Notes: generated by a model not told the origin, from the sequence alone. DNA of 64,000 bases from Eledone cirrhosa (GCA_964016885.1 OZ024740.1:99324001-99388000); one strand, 5' to 3'; counted from the first letter of the stretch, positions 1 through 13,267 are shown. Translations and numbers: made by a program.

Positions 1-99
1 TTCAAATAAAATTATTTATAGTTTAAGTAATCAATTACTGGGTTAGAGCAAAATATAAACAAAGAATTGATAGAGTCATGGTCCATCGGTCAATGTGAC

Positions 100-800
100 C
101 TCAGTTATAGATGGCTTCAGTATGCCACACACTTGACAGTGCTATGCATTGGGGATTCGTAGGTGTGGCCAGGTGGGTATTAATATGTTTGATGCCAAGT
201 GCTGCATGGCTGGAATAAAAAATCAGTGCTATGAAAACTGAGACACTCACCCTCTCATCTGAATGGAGTTCCACTGAAGCAGGTAGAGACTTCAACTATC
301 TTGGGGCCGTGTTCATGATTGATGGAAGGCAGGAGGCTGAATTAAGAATTTCAAGAGCTAGTGCAGTAATGCACCAGTTTCAGCATTCAGTAATCAGAAG
401 GGAAATAGGTGTAAAAGCCAATTCGGTATTTGTGCCAACCCTTACAATGGTCATGAAACTTGGGTAATGATCGAAAGAATGTGATCGCAAATACAAACAG
501 CCAAAATGGGGTTCCTCTGAAGAGTCTTTGGAGTAATGTTATTCGATCATATTGTTGCTCCAGGTAGAGTCACTAATTCACCGAATTGAGAGATCACAAT
601 TCTGCTACTATGGGCATATGTTTAGAATATCTAACGAAACAATTGCTGGAAAGATTTTATGAGCAAAACCAATTAGCAGGAGATCCAGGGGTAGATCCCA
701 AGAAACATGGTTAGATAATATCCATGAGCTTGGCTGGTCTTGCTTGGGGATACAGCCAGATCAGGACCTGCTGGAAGGAATGATTGCGGTAAATAGAAGT
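100..800 (+). mobile_element. Old degenerate RTE-like LINE, 3' part of RT ORF
   Basis: ORF 231-467 has FNYLG and VFVPTLT, followed by broken YYGHMFR and RGRS-like motifs typical of RTE C-termini; resembles 29400-30100. Confidence 0.6.
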
Positions 801-1099
801 GGGTGGAGCACACAAGATGTATGCCTCAGCCGGTACTCATGGGAGTTGTATGAAAGAGTGAGGTGAGGTGAAGTTGAAGATGGTATATACTATATTTACG
901 CTTCAGCTGGTTCTCATGGGAAGGCTGATCTTCTGTATTGCTGCATACTGCCAGAGATATTGGTCCTGTGTCATTCATTGCCTGTAGAAAATATTCTATT
1001 AATATTGCCCAAATGATGTTGACATCATCTTCACAATATACATAAGGATTTGACCCTGTGCTATCTGCCCACAACAAAAATCATGTTGACATGTTCACA

Positions 1100-1390
1100 T
1101 CTAATTACAACATTACAGCACAATTATTTCACCTCAACTGACCCACTCTCTTTGACACTAAAACACATAAAAACAGAAACAGATCTCATAAAATTTAAAG
1201 TCTTTGGACGAATTCCTTAAAGAAATCCTGGATAAAACCCTTACTCCAGGCTATGTCTTCAATAACAATAACACTTTACTAGAGTGGGCATGGTGTCCAG
1301 ATCCTGATTTGAAAGACTTCGCTATGTGGTGCTATTAAGTTGGACATGGCCTGAGCCAATACTAGCGAAAACCTATCAAAATTAAAGTTA
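1100..1390 (+). mobile_element. CR1/L2-group LINE 3' end remnant
   Basis: Translates DEFLKEILDKTLTPGYVFNNNNTLLEW (~1207-1287), resembling the LDxFLxxIPDxPxxPGY...NSLLDW terminus of CR1-group RTs. Confidence 0.4.
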
Positions 1391-2066
1391 TATAAAATAT
1401 TCATATATTTTCAGATTCACCTCCTTCTCCTTCTATCTCAGCCCAGAAATCATCTAATTAGTCTATATATTATTTTCCTGTCTACCTTTCATTTTGTGGG
1501 AATCACCACTCCCATTTCATAAAAAATATAAAAGTTTCTTTTCAAACAATGGCAGTTCTAACTCTGGCAACATCATGGATTCTAGCAGCCCATTATTTGT
1601 TAATACCTTCATTTCCTCCTACTTCTCTTTGTACACAAATATATATAAAATGTATTTGTAATTGTATATTATCTTCAACATTTTCTTTCACTCTGATTAT
1701 TCGCTGAATGCAAACACACTAAAAGGAAGTGAATAATGGAAAAAAATGTTCCGATACAGTTCTGATATGTGATTGTCTAACGGTGATGAAATACGTGTTA
1801 GGTAATAAGTAAATAAATCTTTCTTGAAATCTCTCCTCTCTTCTTGCCTAATCTTTCCTAATACTCTATTTATACTAAATTATTCTGTGAATTCTTTTGG
1901 AACCTTGAACCATGCTCGATTATTAAACATCTGGATACTTATGTTACATAACTCCAACAACCATGTTGAGAATAATTATCTGTTAGGCTGTATGTTTCAC
2001 CTTTTGTTTGTCAACAGAAAAGATTGACCAACGTAAAAGGAAACTTCTTTATCTTCTCATATATAT

Positions 2067-4310
2067 ATACTTAGCTAGGAGGGAAGCAGAGGATAGAAAA
2101 TTCAAGCATGTTTTACAACGTGAGGACCAGAAACAGGAGCTATTCAAGATTGCGAGGCAGTGTGTCAGAGATAGTTGTGATGTCATTGGAGAGAAGTGTA
2201 TCCGGAATGATAAAGGTGAGCTTGCCCTCACAAGTGCTGAGAAGAAAGATGCATGGAAGAGTCATTATGATAGATTACTAAATGAGGAGAATGCATGGGA
2301 AGAAGAGACCCTACCCCACGTAGACCCTATAGAGGGACCAGCAGTACAAGTCAGCGGCAGCGTAGTAAGTAAGGCAATCAGAGATATGAAGATAGGGAAG
2401 GCAACCGGTCCATCGGGTATAGCTGCCGAGATGCTGAAGGCATCTGGGTCTGTAGGTCACACTATAACCACACGTATCGTTAACCAGGTAATACTAGAGG
2501 GGGCCATACCAAAAGATTGGTGCAGTAGCATCATTGTCAACTGCTACAAAGGTAAAGGCGATGCACTAGATAGAGGAAACTATAGAGGTATAAAGTTGAT
2601 GGACCAGGTCATGAAAGTAACAGAAAGAGTTATAGCACAGCTGATTAGGGACCGGGTGAATATAGACGAGATGCAATTTGGGTTTGTACCAGGGAAAGCA
2701 CCACTGATGCCCTCTTCCTTGTGAGGCAATTACAGGAAAAGTACCTAGCTAAAAGTAAGCCACTCTACTTGGCATTTGTCGACCTTGAGAAAGCCTTTGA
2801 CAGAGTTCCACGTGCAGTAATCTGGTGGGCTCTTAGAAAACTAGGAGTAGATGAATGGCTTGTGAAAGCGGTACAAGCCATGTATAGGGGAGCAGTCAGC
2901 AAAGTTAGGATTGGCAATGAGTATAGCGAGGAATTTAGCGTACAGGTTGGGGTCCACCAGGGCTCTGTTCTTAGCCCTCTCCTGTTCATCATAGTCCTGC
3001 AGGCAATAACGGAGGAGTTTAAGACCGGATGCCCATGGGAACTCCTGTATGCTGATGACCTCGCACTCATAGCTGAATCTATGGTAGAACTAGAGAATAA
3101 ATTCCAAACCTGGAAGCAGGGACTAGAGAGAAAGGGCCTCAAAGTCAACATGACAAAGACTAAGGTCCTTGTAAGTAGACGAGAAAACAGAACCCAGATC
3201 CCCTCAGGGAAATGGCCTTGCTCAGTATGTAGGAAAGGTGTAGGTAGGAACTCCATTCTCTGCCCCAAATGCAAACAATGGGTACACAAGAGATGTAGCG
3301 GGATCTCAGGAAGCTTAATTAAGAATGTAGGATTCACATGCAGCAGCTGTGCTGAAACAGCAAGCAAACAGCCACAGGAAACAAGTACCACCAATCTCTG
3401 GGAGGGCCCTGTAGAAACAGTAGACAGCTTCTGCTACCTAGGTGACCGAATTAGCAACGGAGGTGGGTGCTCAGAAAGTACAATAACTAGGGTAAGAACG
3501 GGATGGAATAAGTTTAGGGAACTACTACCACTGCTAGCTGCAAAAGGCTTCTCCCTCAGAATGAAAGGCAGACTGTATGATGCGTGTATCTGAACAGCGA
3601 TGTTGCATGGTAGTGAGACCTGGGCGCTGAAGGTGGAAGACTTACGTAGATTAGAGAGAAACGAAGCCTGCATGCTCCGATGGATGTGTAACAGTAATAT
3701 ACGTGAACGACAAAGCATAAAGGAATTGAGAGAGAGACTGAGCATAAGAGGAATCAAATGCTGCGTGCAGGAGAGGCGGTTACGCTGGTATGGACATGTG
3801 ATGCGTATGAAGGATGACAGCTGCATAAAAAGGTGCAGAGCACTAGAAGTTGATGGAAACCGCGGAGTGGGGAGACGCAAGATGACTTGGGATGAGGTGA
3901 TAAAAGCCGACCTTACCCAACTACACCTCTCAAAGTCAATGACACACGACCGTGACTTCTGGCGTCACGCAGTAATACAGGGTACCCGACCTCCCATGGG
4001 TACATGCTGAAGCATATAAACAATATGCCCCCCCCCCCCCACCGCAAGGTGGCCGTGGAGGTGCCACGGCAAAAAAGCACCCAGCCCACACTGTAAAGTG
4101 GACGTGTAGGCGCCACGAAAAAGCACCCAGCACTCACTGTAAATGAGGTTGGTGTTAGGAAGGGCATCCAGCTGTAGAAATCAAGCCAGATCAGTTCCTG
4201 TATGAGCAAGGCATGGTCAGCCGACCAGACACTGCCCACAACAGGACAACCCGTCTAACCCATGCTAGCGTGGAAGAACGGACGTAAAACGGTGATGATG
4301 ATGATGATGA
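2067..4310 (+). mobile_element. RTE-clade LINE, 5'-truncated; RT pseudogene with one frameshift (~2695) and one stop (3591)
   Basis: [47 protein letters not shown]-like CSVC..C..C..H..C insert, LHGSETW, RLRWYGHV; 3' UTR ends in (GAT)n; flanked by (TA)n. Confidence 0.95.
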
Positions 4311-6399
4311 TATATATATATATATAATCACCTCACCATTATCTAGTTAACCTTACTCCACCTAAAGACAAGAAAACACTCAATCTACAAGATAAATTGG
4401 GAACCACTGACTGATGAGGTCAGGGCTAGATATATTGGTACTATTGAATCCAAATTCAGAGAACCCCCTGAAAAATCTGAGGATGGTGAAAAGGAGGGTA
4501 GACTATTTAACTTGACAGTTTCATTTTCTGCTATTGGGCAAAAATAGCTCAGGATGGCAGGAGGACACCCTTATTCAATCAGGTGGTTAAAGATGCCATT
4601 AGAGCAAAAAAACTACATTGGATGGTATAGACTTAAACAGAAAATGCCTGGAAATTAAGGAAGTGGTATGATCTTGGCTGAAATATTTTTTTAATCATAC
4701 GTCTTCTTGGTCAATTTTGAGGTGGTAGAAAACAACATTTATTGCACAAACTAATTAACTTAACAGTGCTATTACTTGTGTCAACCACAGGACCACCTCA
4801 AAGGGTGGATTGGGAACTTCATGTGTTGTCAGCATGACTAAGAGTATTAACTGGGTGGTTGTGTTTGGGCACCAGATCACCACATAGGGTGATCTGGTGC
4901 CACTTAGTACTGGTAAAAATAGAGGCAATAAAAGTAATTGAGGTAAAAAAAAATACCTGATCATTCATTTAGGTCTAATATGATTAAATTACCTTCAGTA
5001 ATGGAATTCACCTACTGAATCATTAAGGTTAAGCAACTTAAGAATTTTATAAAAATGTATATCTACTTTACCATATATTGATTATATATATATATATATA
5101 ATAGGCTGTCTGGTGAAAATGATCAAGATGGCACCCCTATAACTCCACCAGGAGAGACTTTGCTATGTAAAAATATCCAAACTTATAGATCTATCCACAT
5201 TTATCTACTTGCTGTATACATTTTCTTAATTTCAGTTGTGGAACTTAAGTTAACACATCAATACAATGCAAAGGTGTTTGTTATTGTTTTAAGCATTTTT
5301 TTACATAAATTAATTTTTCAGGATTAATAATTATTAAAAAAATTCTTCAACTTGCCCAATTGCCTCTATCTATCTTTCTCACACCCTTTTACTCATATTC
5401 AACCTCCTTTCACCTCAATCCAACCAACACTCCAATAATTCTATTGATCCAGCCTGTAACTCACAAAATCCCAGTTAAGCATTTATTAAATCTCATTTTC
5501 ATTATACGTATTTCTAATCATATTTCTCAGTCAAATATTAATTTCTAATGTCAGTAATATCTGGAACATTGTTGACGTTATTCCATGTCTCAGTGAACTG
5601 TTCAATTGCCACCATCTACCTATCTTTTTCTCTCCCTCTCTTTTAAACTCCCTATCTGTCAATTTCTTTTCATCACAACTTAACCAAGATTTTGAAAAGC
5701 TAATGGCCTGGTCTGTATCTGATGAAATCCCAGCTACAAATTTATTTTCTCTTTTACTCGTCTTTCTTAACATATTTCAGTCAACTATTAAATTTGATTA
5801 CAATAATATCTAAAAATATTCATGACCTTTTTAATCACTTGGTGTCCACCCTGATAGCTGTCATCTATCTATTGTGATTTTACTAATAAATACCTCCAAT
5901 TACCTTATTAATTTCTACTTCAGCTCTTTAACAACAAGCTTGGCTTTTCCACAAAACTTGACTTTTCCACAAAGAGGTAACAATTCTGTCTAAAAGATGA
6001 TATTTGTTATACTTTTTGAACAAAAATTAAAATTTGATTAATAAGTTCCAATGGTGAAATTCCTTTATTTAAAAATCCAATATAACTCTTAACAGTAACT
6101 ATAATTTTAAATTTTAATCCTACACATATTCTCCTGGAAGCAGATTATTAGTCTCTTCTGAAAAAGTTGTCCCATACTTTGTAAAAAAATATAAAATTTC
6201 TAAAGCTAAGTAATTATTTCCAGAAACATCCAAAGGCTAAACGAAAAGAAATGTAAAAATCTGACCAACTATTACTTAAGTTTAATAAGACAATGGACGT
6301 CTGTGAATTGAATGACACCACATACCAAAGATCTCTAACTCTCTACTGGAATACTCTAAAAAAAATCAATATTCAAGGATGAAAAGATTCTTCTGACCT

Positions 6400-6850
6400 A
6401 CATTTAGATGATAGGAATGATGTACTACTATTCACTTCACCAGATTTTACCTTCAAAGTCCAAGAAGTTTAATTTCAATCGCAAGTCATCTGTTAGACAT
6501 ATTAATCCGCGTAAATCTGATATAAGTGTGATATGTAAGCATTTATTTGATACAATTATTCCTGAGATCAAGAAGGTGTCTCTCCTGTCTCTTTTGGATA
6601 ATCCCCCAGATGTCATCCACTGTTTCAATGCTACATCAAATAAGAATAGAACAAAGTTTTTCCAATTTGATATTTAGGATTACTAGGATTCTAATATTAA
6701 ATTTCTACTATTCAAAGCTTTTGATTTCACTATATCGGTCACCCATGACTCTGATATCATTCTGCAGGTTTCTCAAACCTTCAATTAAAACAACTCTATT
6801 TGTATATATAAGTGCTCTAATACCTTTTTCAGTGTCAGCATGGGGGTGAA
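6400..6850 (+). pseudogene. Possible decayed LINE APE endonuclease fragment
   Basis: LLDNPPDVI and LISLYRSP resemble the PDII and YRPP motifs of APE domains; heavily decayed. Confidence 0.3.
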
Positions 6851-7899
6851 TGATCTCAGACAGAGGTAGCTGGTCAGCTACAGTTGTATGATATCACACT
6901 AACAGAAAGAAGATCATAAACTACTTAGCATGCTTATGGCATAGAAAGAATCTATCTCTGTATTTTCAATCTTGTTGGACTGTGCTATTATTGTAGTTAT
7001 TTTAATAACAATGGCTGCTAATTATTTTTTCCTGATTATAATGTCTGCTGTCTTAGGATTTGAAACTTTCCCTAGTTGTAGAAATTGCAATTGTTGTTTC
7101 TGTCAATATGTTTGTTAATATATTTATCAATAGGTGTAACTCTCCTTCAATTGCTATACATGACTGGATAAGATTGTGGCCTTCTTCTTGTTTGCATAGT
7201 TAATTGTATATTAGGTGAGTTATATCACTTTTATCAGACATGTAAGGCAGAAATGAACATTTATCATGCTATTGTCAACTCTTCATTTCGGAGACAGCCA
7301 AATCTTATTTAAGCAGGTTTAGAGAACCTTTCAAGAACTGATACACAAATCAAAAGTCTATTTGGTCATGTAAAATAGGCAACAAATGTAGTAGATTTAT
7401 CTGCAGGGGAGATAATTATAGAGCTCCTTTCCTTGAAAATATGTGGACACAAAATCAATAAATATCCTGTTGTCATGGCATCAAAATGTTTGGCTTAATT
7501 TGGAAAGTGGCAGTACTTATAGTGCAAGGGATTTGATATATATCATCCCTTCATTCATGCTGATCATCTTGCAGGCATTAAGATGGCAGTCAAAACAGAC
7601 ATATTGAGTTACTGCTGATCAGTTTTGTTTATCTGTAAAGCTACAGAACAAATGGTGGAGTGGGGTTTTTGAGCTTTGGTAGTATAGAGATTATAGTGCG
7701 AGGTATCTAAGAAGCTGGTATCGGACAACTTTTAAACTGCCTCAAAAGTGACTCCGTCTTATGTCTAACAGTAGCTTACATAGAATGGCTTTTCAGTGTT
7801 ACTAAGCTTTTGGGTTGGTTACCTTTGCACATCTATTATCAAATATACCTATGTGCAGTTGTAAATTATACATTTGTTAAGCTACTGCGAGATAAGATA

Positions 7900-8315
7900 A
7901 ATATACAGAAGACCCGCCTTGCCTGAATACAAAGCAATAGCAGTCAGTAGGCACCTCTTAACCAAAATACACCCCCGTCCCACTACCCCTACCCCCACTG
8001 CCATCTACACCACCCTTTTCGGTGTAAAGCTATGGTGGTACCACAACTACCAGTCCTAAATAAATGAGGTCGTGTAGGTGTCACGACCAAAAAAAACACA
8101 CAGTCCATGGTGTAATGTTGGTGTGTAGGTAACACGGTAAAAACCTCCCAGTCCACACTCTAAACGTGGTTGGTGTTAGGAAGGGCATCCAGCCATAGAA
8201 AACCCGCCAGACAGTCCCTAGCAAGACAACCAATCTTGCCTCAAGTGGAACAATTCCTGTTCAGACCCATGCTAGCGTGGAAGATGGACGTTAAACGATG
8301 ATGATGATGATGATG
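7900..8315 (+). mobile_element. RTE LINE 3' UTR-only insertion
   Basis: Matches 50530-50945 (ATACAGAAGACCCGCCTTGCCT...GGTTGGTGTTAGGAAGGGCATCCAGC...CCCATGCTAGCGTGGAA); ends (GAT)n. Confidence 0.9.
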
Positions 8316-9599
8316 AAAAAAGTGAAAAAACAATAGTGAAGCAATGAAACAAACTAAAAGCAGAAAACATATTTAAACAGATATTCTATAACGAGTGGTG
8401 AAATAAGATTCACAGAGAAAATATTCACAACAGGTGAGACAATGTTGTAGAAAGAGAGAAATAATCTCATAGATTAGATGAGATTAATCTGAAGATAGAA
8501 GCCAAATTTGAAACAGGATGTGTGAAGGATTGCCATTGTTAAAACACATAATAGGAGCAATTATTGTTTTTTCATGCTGCTATGAATTTTATTTATCAGT
8601 AATACTGCATCATTCCATAATATTCCCTTTTCTATTACTTTGTCAGTGAGTCATGGCTATTTCAGATTTGATCTAGCTTGTTTATATTAAATATGGCTTG
8701 GTAAGATACTCTAAGAAGGTTTACAATACATTTCTTAAAATATTCTATACATTATGATACAACTGATTTCCATATAATTTACTTAAAAACAAAAGATTCT
8801 TGCATATTTTTTTACATGAAACCTAAACACAAATAATCTTTTATTTTTCACTTGAAAACCAAAAACCAAGTAACTTATTGATATTCCCTTGGAAACTAAG
8901 ATTCTTGCATATTTTTCACTTGAAAACTAAGCACCAATAATCTTATATGTATATTTTATTTAAAATATGCATTTGATTTTTTTTCTTCTTGAGAGCCCCT
9001 AATCAATAATTTTAAATTGTAGGACTTTAACAATATCAATAAGGAAGTTTGTGAAGTATTTTAATAAAATAAACAACACATATCAACATTTCTATGTCTG
9101 TCACAATGTAATGGCAATCATACAAAGGTAATTTTTCATAACAATTCATGTTTTTAATCCTATAAATTAAAGTGTTCCATATATTACATAAACTATTCAA
9201 ACAAGTGTTTTGATACTGAGGTAAGATTTTAAGTACAGATTGAGGTGTACTTTTCAAGGTTTAACTAAAGGCTTGGTATAAGTAAATATGCACGTGCCCC
9301 TCAATATATCTGTGTTCATTTTAATATACAGTATATAGTACTGCAGAAGACCAGCTATCCAATGTGCATGGTACAAAGCAGCATCTAGTTGTCTGACTAT
9401 GCATCATGCACCCCTTCTCCCAGGCCCTTCATACACCCCCTTGTTTTAGAATTCCACCCTTCAACAGCTAGTTACTCCATCCTGGACCTACCACTCCAGT
9501 CCCCACCCTACATACATTCACCTTCACCCCCATGGCCACTTTCCACATCTGAGGCAAACATATATAAACAAGCATGGAAAGATGAACATGCTCTCCCAC

Positions 9600-9930
9600 A
9601 AAGCTGCTGAAATGGCTAACAGTCCCTAGACCACTACAAGGTGCTCATGTTAGTGCCATGCCAAAGGTGCACCTAGGTGACAAGAGTACCTAACACTTAC
9701 AACCAAAACATCCAGCCCAGACTGTAAAGTGGCCATTTTGGTGGAGTGCCAAAAGGTGTCAGGTCTACACTGTAAAGTGATTGTGATGGTAACACAACAA
9801 AAAGCAACCTTCCCACACAGTAAAATGGTCATGATGATGTCATTATAAGAAACAACCAGTTTGCGCTGTACATTGGTTGTTTAGTGCCACAATAAAGATC
9901 ACCCAGTCCACACTGCAAATGTGAGTGGCA
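9600..9930 (+). repeat. RTE 3' UTR relic with ~7 diverged ~41-43 bp tandem units
   Basis: Repeated CCAGYCYACACTGTAAAGTG core, the same unit as in RTE 3' UTRs at 4075-4145 and 41085-41280. Confidence 0.65.
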
Positions 9931-10305
9931 TTTTTGTGGTAAACATTATTTTTTGTAATATATCAAATCAAAATTACATTATTAAATCTTATTCTTATTT
10001 TGTTTCTTGTAAATAATTTTTTTCAAAATATCAATTCAAAACTTGATCATTTCATTTTTGTGTAAAGCATTATTTTCAAATTAGAAATTCAAAGTTTAAT
10101 TATTTGTTTTTTTTAACATAATAATACATGAAAATATATTTCATACTTTGTCCTAATGAAGACCTTTAGGAAACAACATTTCTTGTCTTTCTTTGATTGG
10201 TTAAAATGTAGGGATTTTTTGAAGTTCCAGTCTTTGAAACAGCCACATAAAACATGCCATGACTGAAACATGGGTTTGTCAGATCTATACCAATAGTTTT
10301 GAAAT

Positions 10306-10651
10306 GGAGGCACATGGCTTAGTGGTTAGAGCATTGGCCTTGCAATCGAAAGGTTGTGAGTTCAATTCTCAGACCGGGTGATGTGTTGTTTCCTTGAGCA
10401 AGACACTTTATTTCACATTGCTCCAGTTTACTCAGCTGTAGAAATGAGATGATAGGGACTGGGGTCCATATCATTCCACTGCAAAGTGGTCGTGGAGGTG
10501 CCACGGCAAAAAAAGCACCCAGCACTCACTGTAAATGAGGTTGGTGTTAGGAAGGGCATCCAGCTGTAGAAATCAAGCCAGAATCAGTGCACGTCCCACC
10601 CTTGCAAGCAGGGAAAAGCGGACGTAAAATGAAATGATGATGATGATGATG
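10306..10651 (+). mobile_element. tRNA-derived CORE-type SINE with RTE-derived tail
   Basis: A box TGGCTTAGTGG, B box GAGTTCAATTCT; CORE-like TCCTTGAGCAAGACACTT...CTCCAGTTTACTCAGCTGTAGAAATG; tail matches RTE 3' UTR; (GAT)n; TSD ATACYAATAGTTTTGAAA at 10287-10304 and 10652-10669. Confidence 0.9.
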
Positions 10652-10869
10652 ATACTAATAGTTTTGAAAGTTTGACCTTGTCTCTTATTGATGCTCATGG
10701 TAAAGCATGGCCCCACTGGTAACTGCAGTCTCTTAAATGTAAAAGGCAACTTGCTATCACTTGGTATAAGTGGAATCCTCGGAATGAGAAGAGTTGACCT
10801 TTGTAAGCCCGAAATATAATGGTTGCTTCAATCAAGTTCTCAAGCAATCTTGTTACATCTTGATCCATT

Positions 10870-11216
10870 TATTGGCGAAAGTTTCACTATAGGGGTTTTA
10901 ACCCCTATTAGGGTGTCTTAATATTAGTGAAATTTGCTGAAAGTTTGTGAATAGGCAACATATCTTGTCACCTATCTATGGTTTAGATTTCATATAAATT
11001 GAAGGGAAAACATTTTTAGCGGGGGTTTTCAACGGGGTTTTGTGCCCCCAGGGAACCCTTTGATTAAAATGAAATATACTTATCCGAGTACCCTGGGTAA
11101 TGTAGTTTCATAATATATATGGTTATGGGGGGGGGGTCTATCTCCAAAACCATAGGAGGAGTTCGTGAATAAACAAACAAACAAACAAACAGGAACTACA
11201 ACTTTATATATATAGA
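10870..11216 (-). mobile_element. Non-autonomous Helitron-like 5' fragment
   Basis: Minus strand starts a|TCTATATATATAAAG followed by (TTTG)n, the usual 5' end of small Helitrons; no CTAG end found. Confidence 0.5.
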
Positions 11217-11229
11217 TATACAAACATAT

Positions 11230-11571
11230 TTTATTCTAGGGTGGGTAAAATTCCTGAGATCCATGGACGAGTTCTCTCCAGCGGTCTCTGTCCCTCATTA
11301 TCGCTGTCATGCCCTGCGTCTCCAACAGACCAGTGTCTGTCGTTAGGGCATCAACATGAGCATGGCTCTGAACATTAATCAGTATACACTGAGGATGACA
11401 GCTCAGAGCTGTATGGGAGCCTCCCAAAAGTCAGCTCAAAAGTGACACAGAGGAGACTGAGGTTAGCTGGACATGCTCACGGACATCCAGAGTTGACATT
11501 GCACTCAGTGCTCCTGTGGGAGCCCCTACATGGACACACTGGAAGAAGAAGACCAAGGTTAACGTATGTTG
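11230..11571 (-). mobile_element. Short RTE/RTEX-like LINE insertion with 5' inversion
   Basis: Plus segment encodes RRLRLAGH...LLWEP...RPRLTYVD; minus segment continues VDALTTDTGL...MRDRDRWR; TSD ATACAAACATAT at 11218-11229 and 11572-11583. Confidence 0.8.
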
Positions 11572-11574
11572 ATA

Positions 11575-11720
11575 CAAACATATATATATGTATTTATATA
11601 TATGCAAACACACACTCACACACATATATATGCAAACATACACATATATGCAAACACACACAGACACACACATATATATACAAACATACACACACACACA
11701 TATATATATGTATGTATGTG
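11575..11720. repeat. Compound (TA)/(CA) microsatellite
   Basis: Direct inspection. Confidence 0.9.
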
Positions 11721-11917
11721 CTTCAATGATTGATTATTCAGGTATGAAAGAATTCTGATAGATTAAAAAGCAACCAGAATGATATTTATACATTCTTTAG
11801 TTTACGTAATAAAATCAAAACAGAAAAAATATGAAAATGAATGAAAATAAAACAAAATACAAAAATTCTATTTCAATTTCAATTTTTTTCTTCATTTTTG
11901 TTATTTTCATTATGCTG

Positions 11918-11963
<46 letters not shown>

Positions 11964-11972
11964 TAATAATAA

Positions 11973-12160
11973 TTGTTTCTACTTTTGGCACAAGGCCAGC
12001 AATTACCCAATGCATTACTGGTACTTTATTCTATCGACCCCGGAAGGATGAAAGGCAAAGTTAATCTCGGCGGGATTTGAAATCAGATCATACAGGGAGG
12101 TAACACTATGCTTCAAAGCATGGCATCTGATCCTCTACCGATACTGCCAATCCACCACCT
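11973..12160 (-). mobile_element. Meta-domain tRNA-derived SINE, between (AAT)n tracts
   Basis: Reverse complement has TGGCAGTATCGG (A box) and TTGCCTTTCATCCTTCCGGGGTCGATAGAATAAAGTACCAG (Meta-like domain). Confidence 0.85.
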
Positions 12161-12189
<29 letters not shown>

Positions 12190-12192
<3 letters not shown>

Positions 12193-13240
12193 GATCATGT
12201 TCCATTACAAAAGATGCACAAAGATACAGTAATGGACTACAAATTTCAGAAGTCCCATTTACTGCTGAAATGGAAAAAACAGATTAAGCAAAACAGGTAA
12301 AAGTAACTGCAAAGAAAGAACTGCTACAGAAACTGGCTAAGAAATGGCAAGAAAAGCCTCTGTATGGAAAATACCCAGAACGAGCTAACAATCCTGATGT
12401 TGACAAAACTTTAACCCATCAGTGGACTGAAATCGGAGACTGAAGGTCTGATTATATCAGCACAAGATCAGTGTCTGCCAACAAAAAATTACCAAGCCAA
12501 CAAAATAAAAAATGGATGCAGCCCATTATGCCGTGTATGTAAAAAACAACCAGAGACCATTGACCATTTAATTTCAATGTGCAGTCCTATAGCTCCAACC
12601 GAATACCTAAACAGGCATGACAGAGCTGCACAATACATACATTGGATAATGTGTAAGCATTTTGACCTGCCCCATCAAAAGAATTGGTGGGAGCATCAAC
12701 CACCTCCGATACATGAGAAAGATCACATCTCAATCTTGTGGAACTTTAGCATCCAAACAGACCGAAAAATAGATGCAAATAGACCTGATATAATACTGAA
12801 GGACTTTAAAAAGAGGGTATGCCTGCTAATTGATATGTCCGTTCCAATAGACAAGAATGTATCTATAAAAACATTTGAAAAATTGAGCAAGTATAAGGAC
12901 CTGGAGATAGAAATTGGAAAAATGTGGAAATTAAGAACTAAAACAATACCAGTGGTTGTAGGCGCTCTAGGAATGATACATAAGGGGTCTAATGATTACT
13001 TATCGCAAATCCCAGGAAACCTGCGTATAGGAGAAATACAAAAGATAGTACTAATGGGAACTGTCCATATACTAAGGAAGATTCTGTCAATATAAGTACA
13101 TCACAAGTCTAAACACCTAAAGATGCATGTGTGAGTATGTATGTTCTTTCTTGAACATGGCGGATCTTGTTGTCTCTTGAGGTCACTGGTTGTGACTTGG
13201 TGATAACTCGTATGAACATAAAGCAAGATAAATGCAACTG
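12190..13240 (+). mobile_element. R4/Dong-like LINE 3' part (CCHC zinc knuckle + restriction-like endonuclease)
   Basis: ETEGLIISAQDQ, CRVC...ETIDHLISMC, RHD, NRPDII...LIDMSVP...KLSKYKDL, PVVVGALG; flanked by (TAA)n. Confidence 0.9.
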
Positions 13241-13267
13241 TAATAATAATAATAATAATAATAACAA

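Noticed and set aside
1750-1805. CTGATA...GAAATACGTGTTA hammerhead-like string (similar at 58010-58055)
   Set aside because: Core CUGANGA not intact and no convincing stem I
2765-3880. Long antisense ORFs recurring in every RTE copy (also 22264, 49616, 53304)
   Set aside because: Shadow frames of the RT ORF; recurrence reflects copy similarity and they show no independent motifs
7260-7900. Possible very old RT relic (NYRA, HADHL)
   Set aside because: Too decayed to assign from sequence alone
9650-9930. Regularly spaced ~20-nt motif resembling CRISPR repeats
   Set aside because: Diverged tandem unit of the RTE 3' UTR; intervening sequences are homologous to each other
10306-10378. tRNA-like sequence with a TGC anticodon-like loop
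   Set aside because: SINE head: acceptor stem not formed and it continues into the CORE domain and LINE tail
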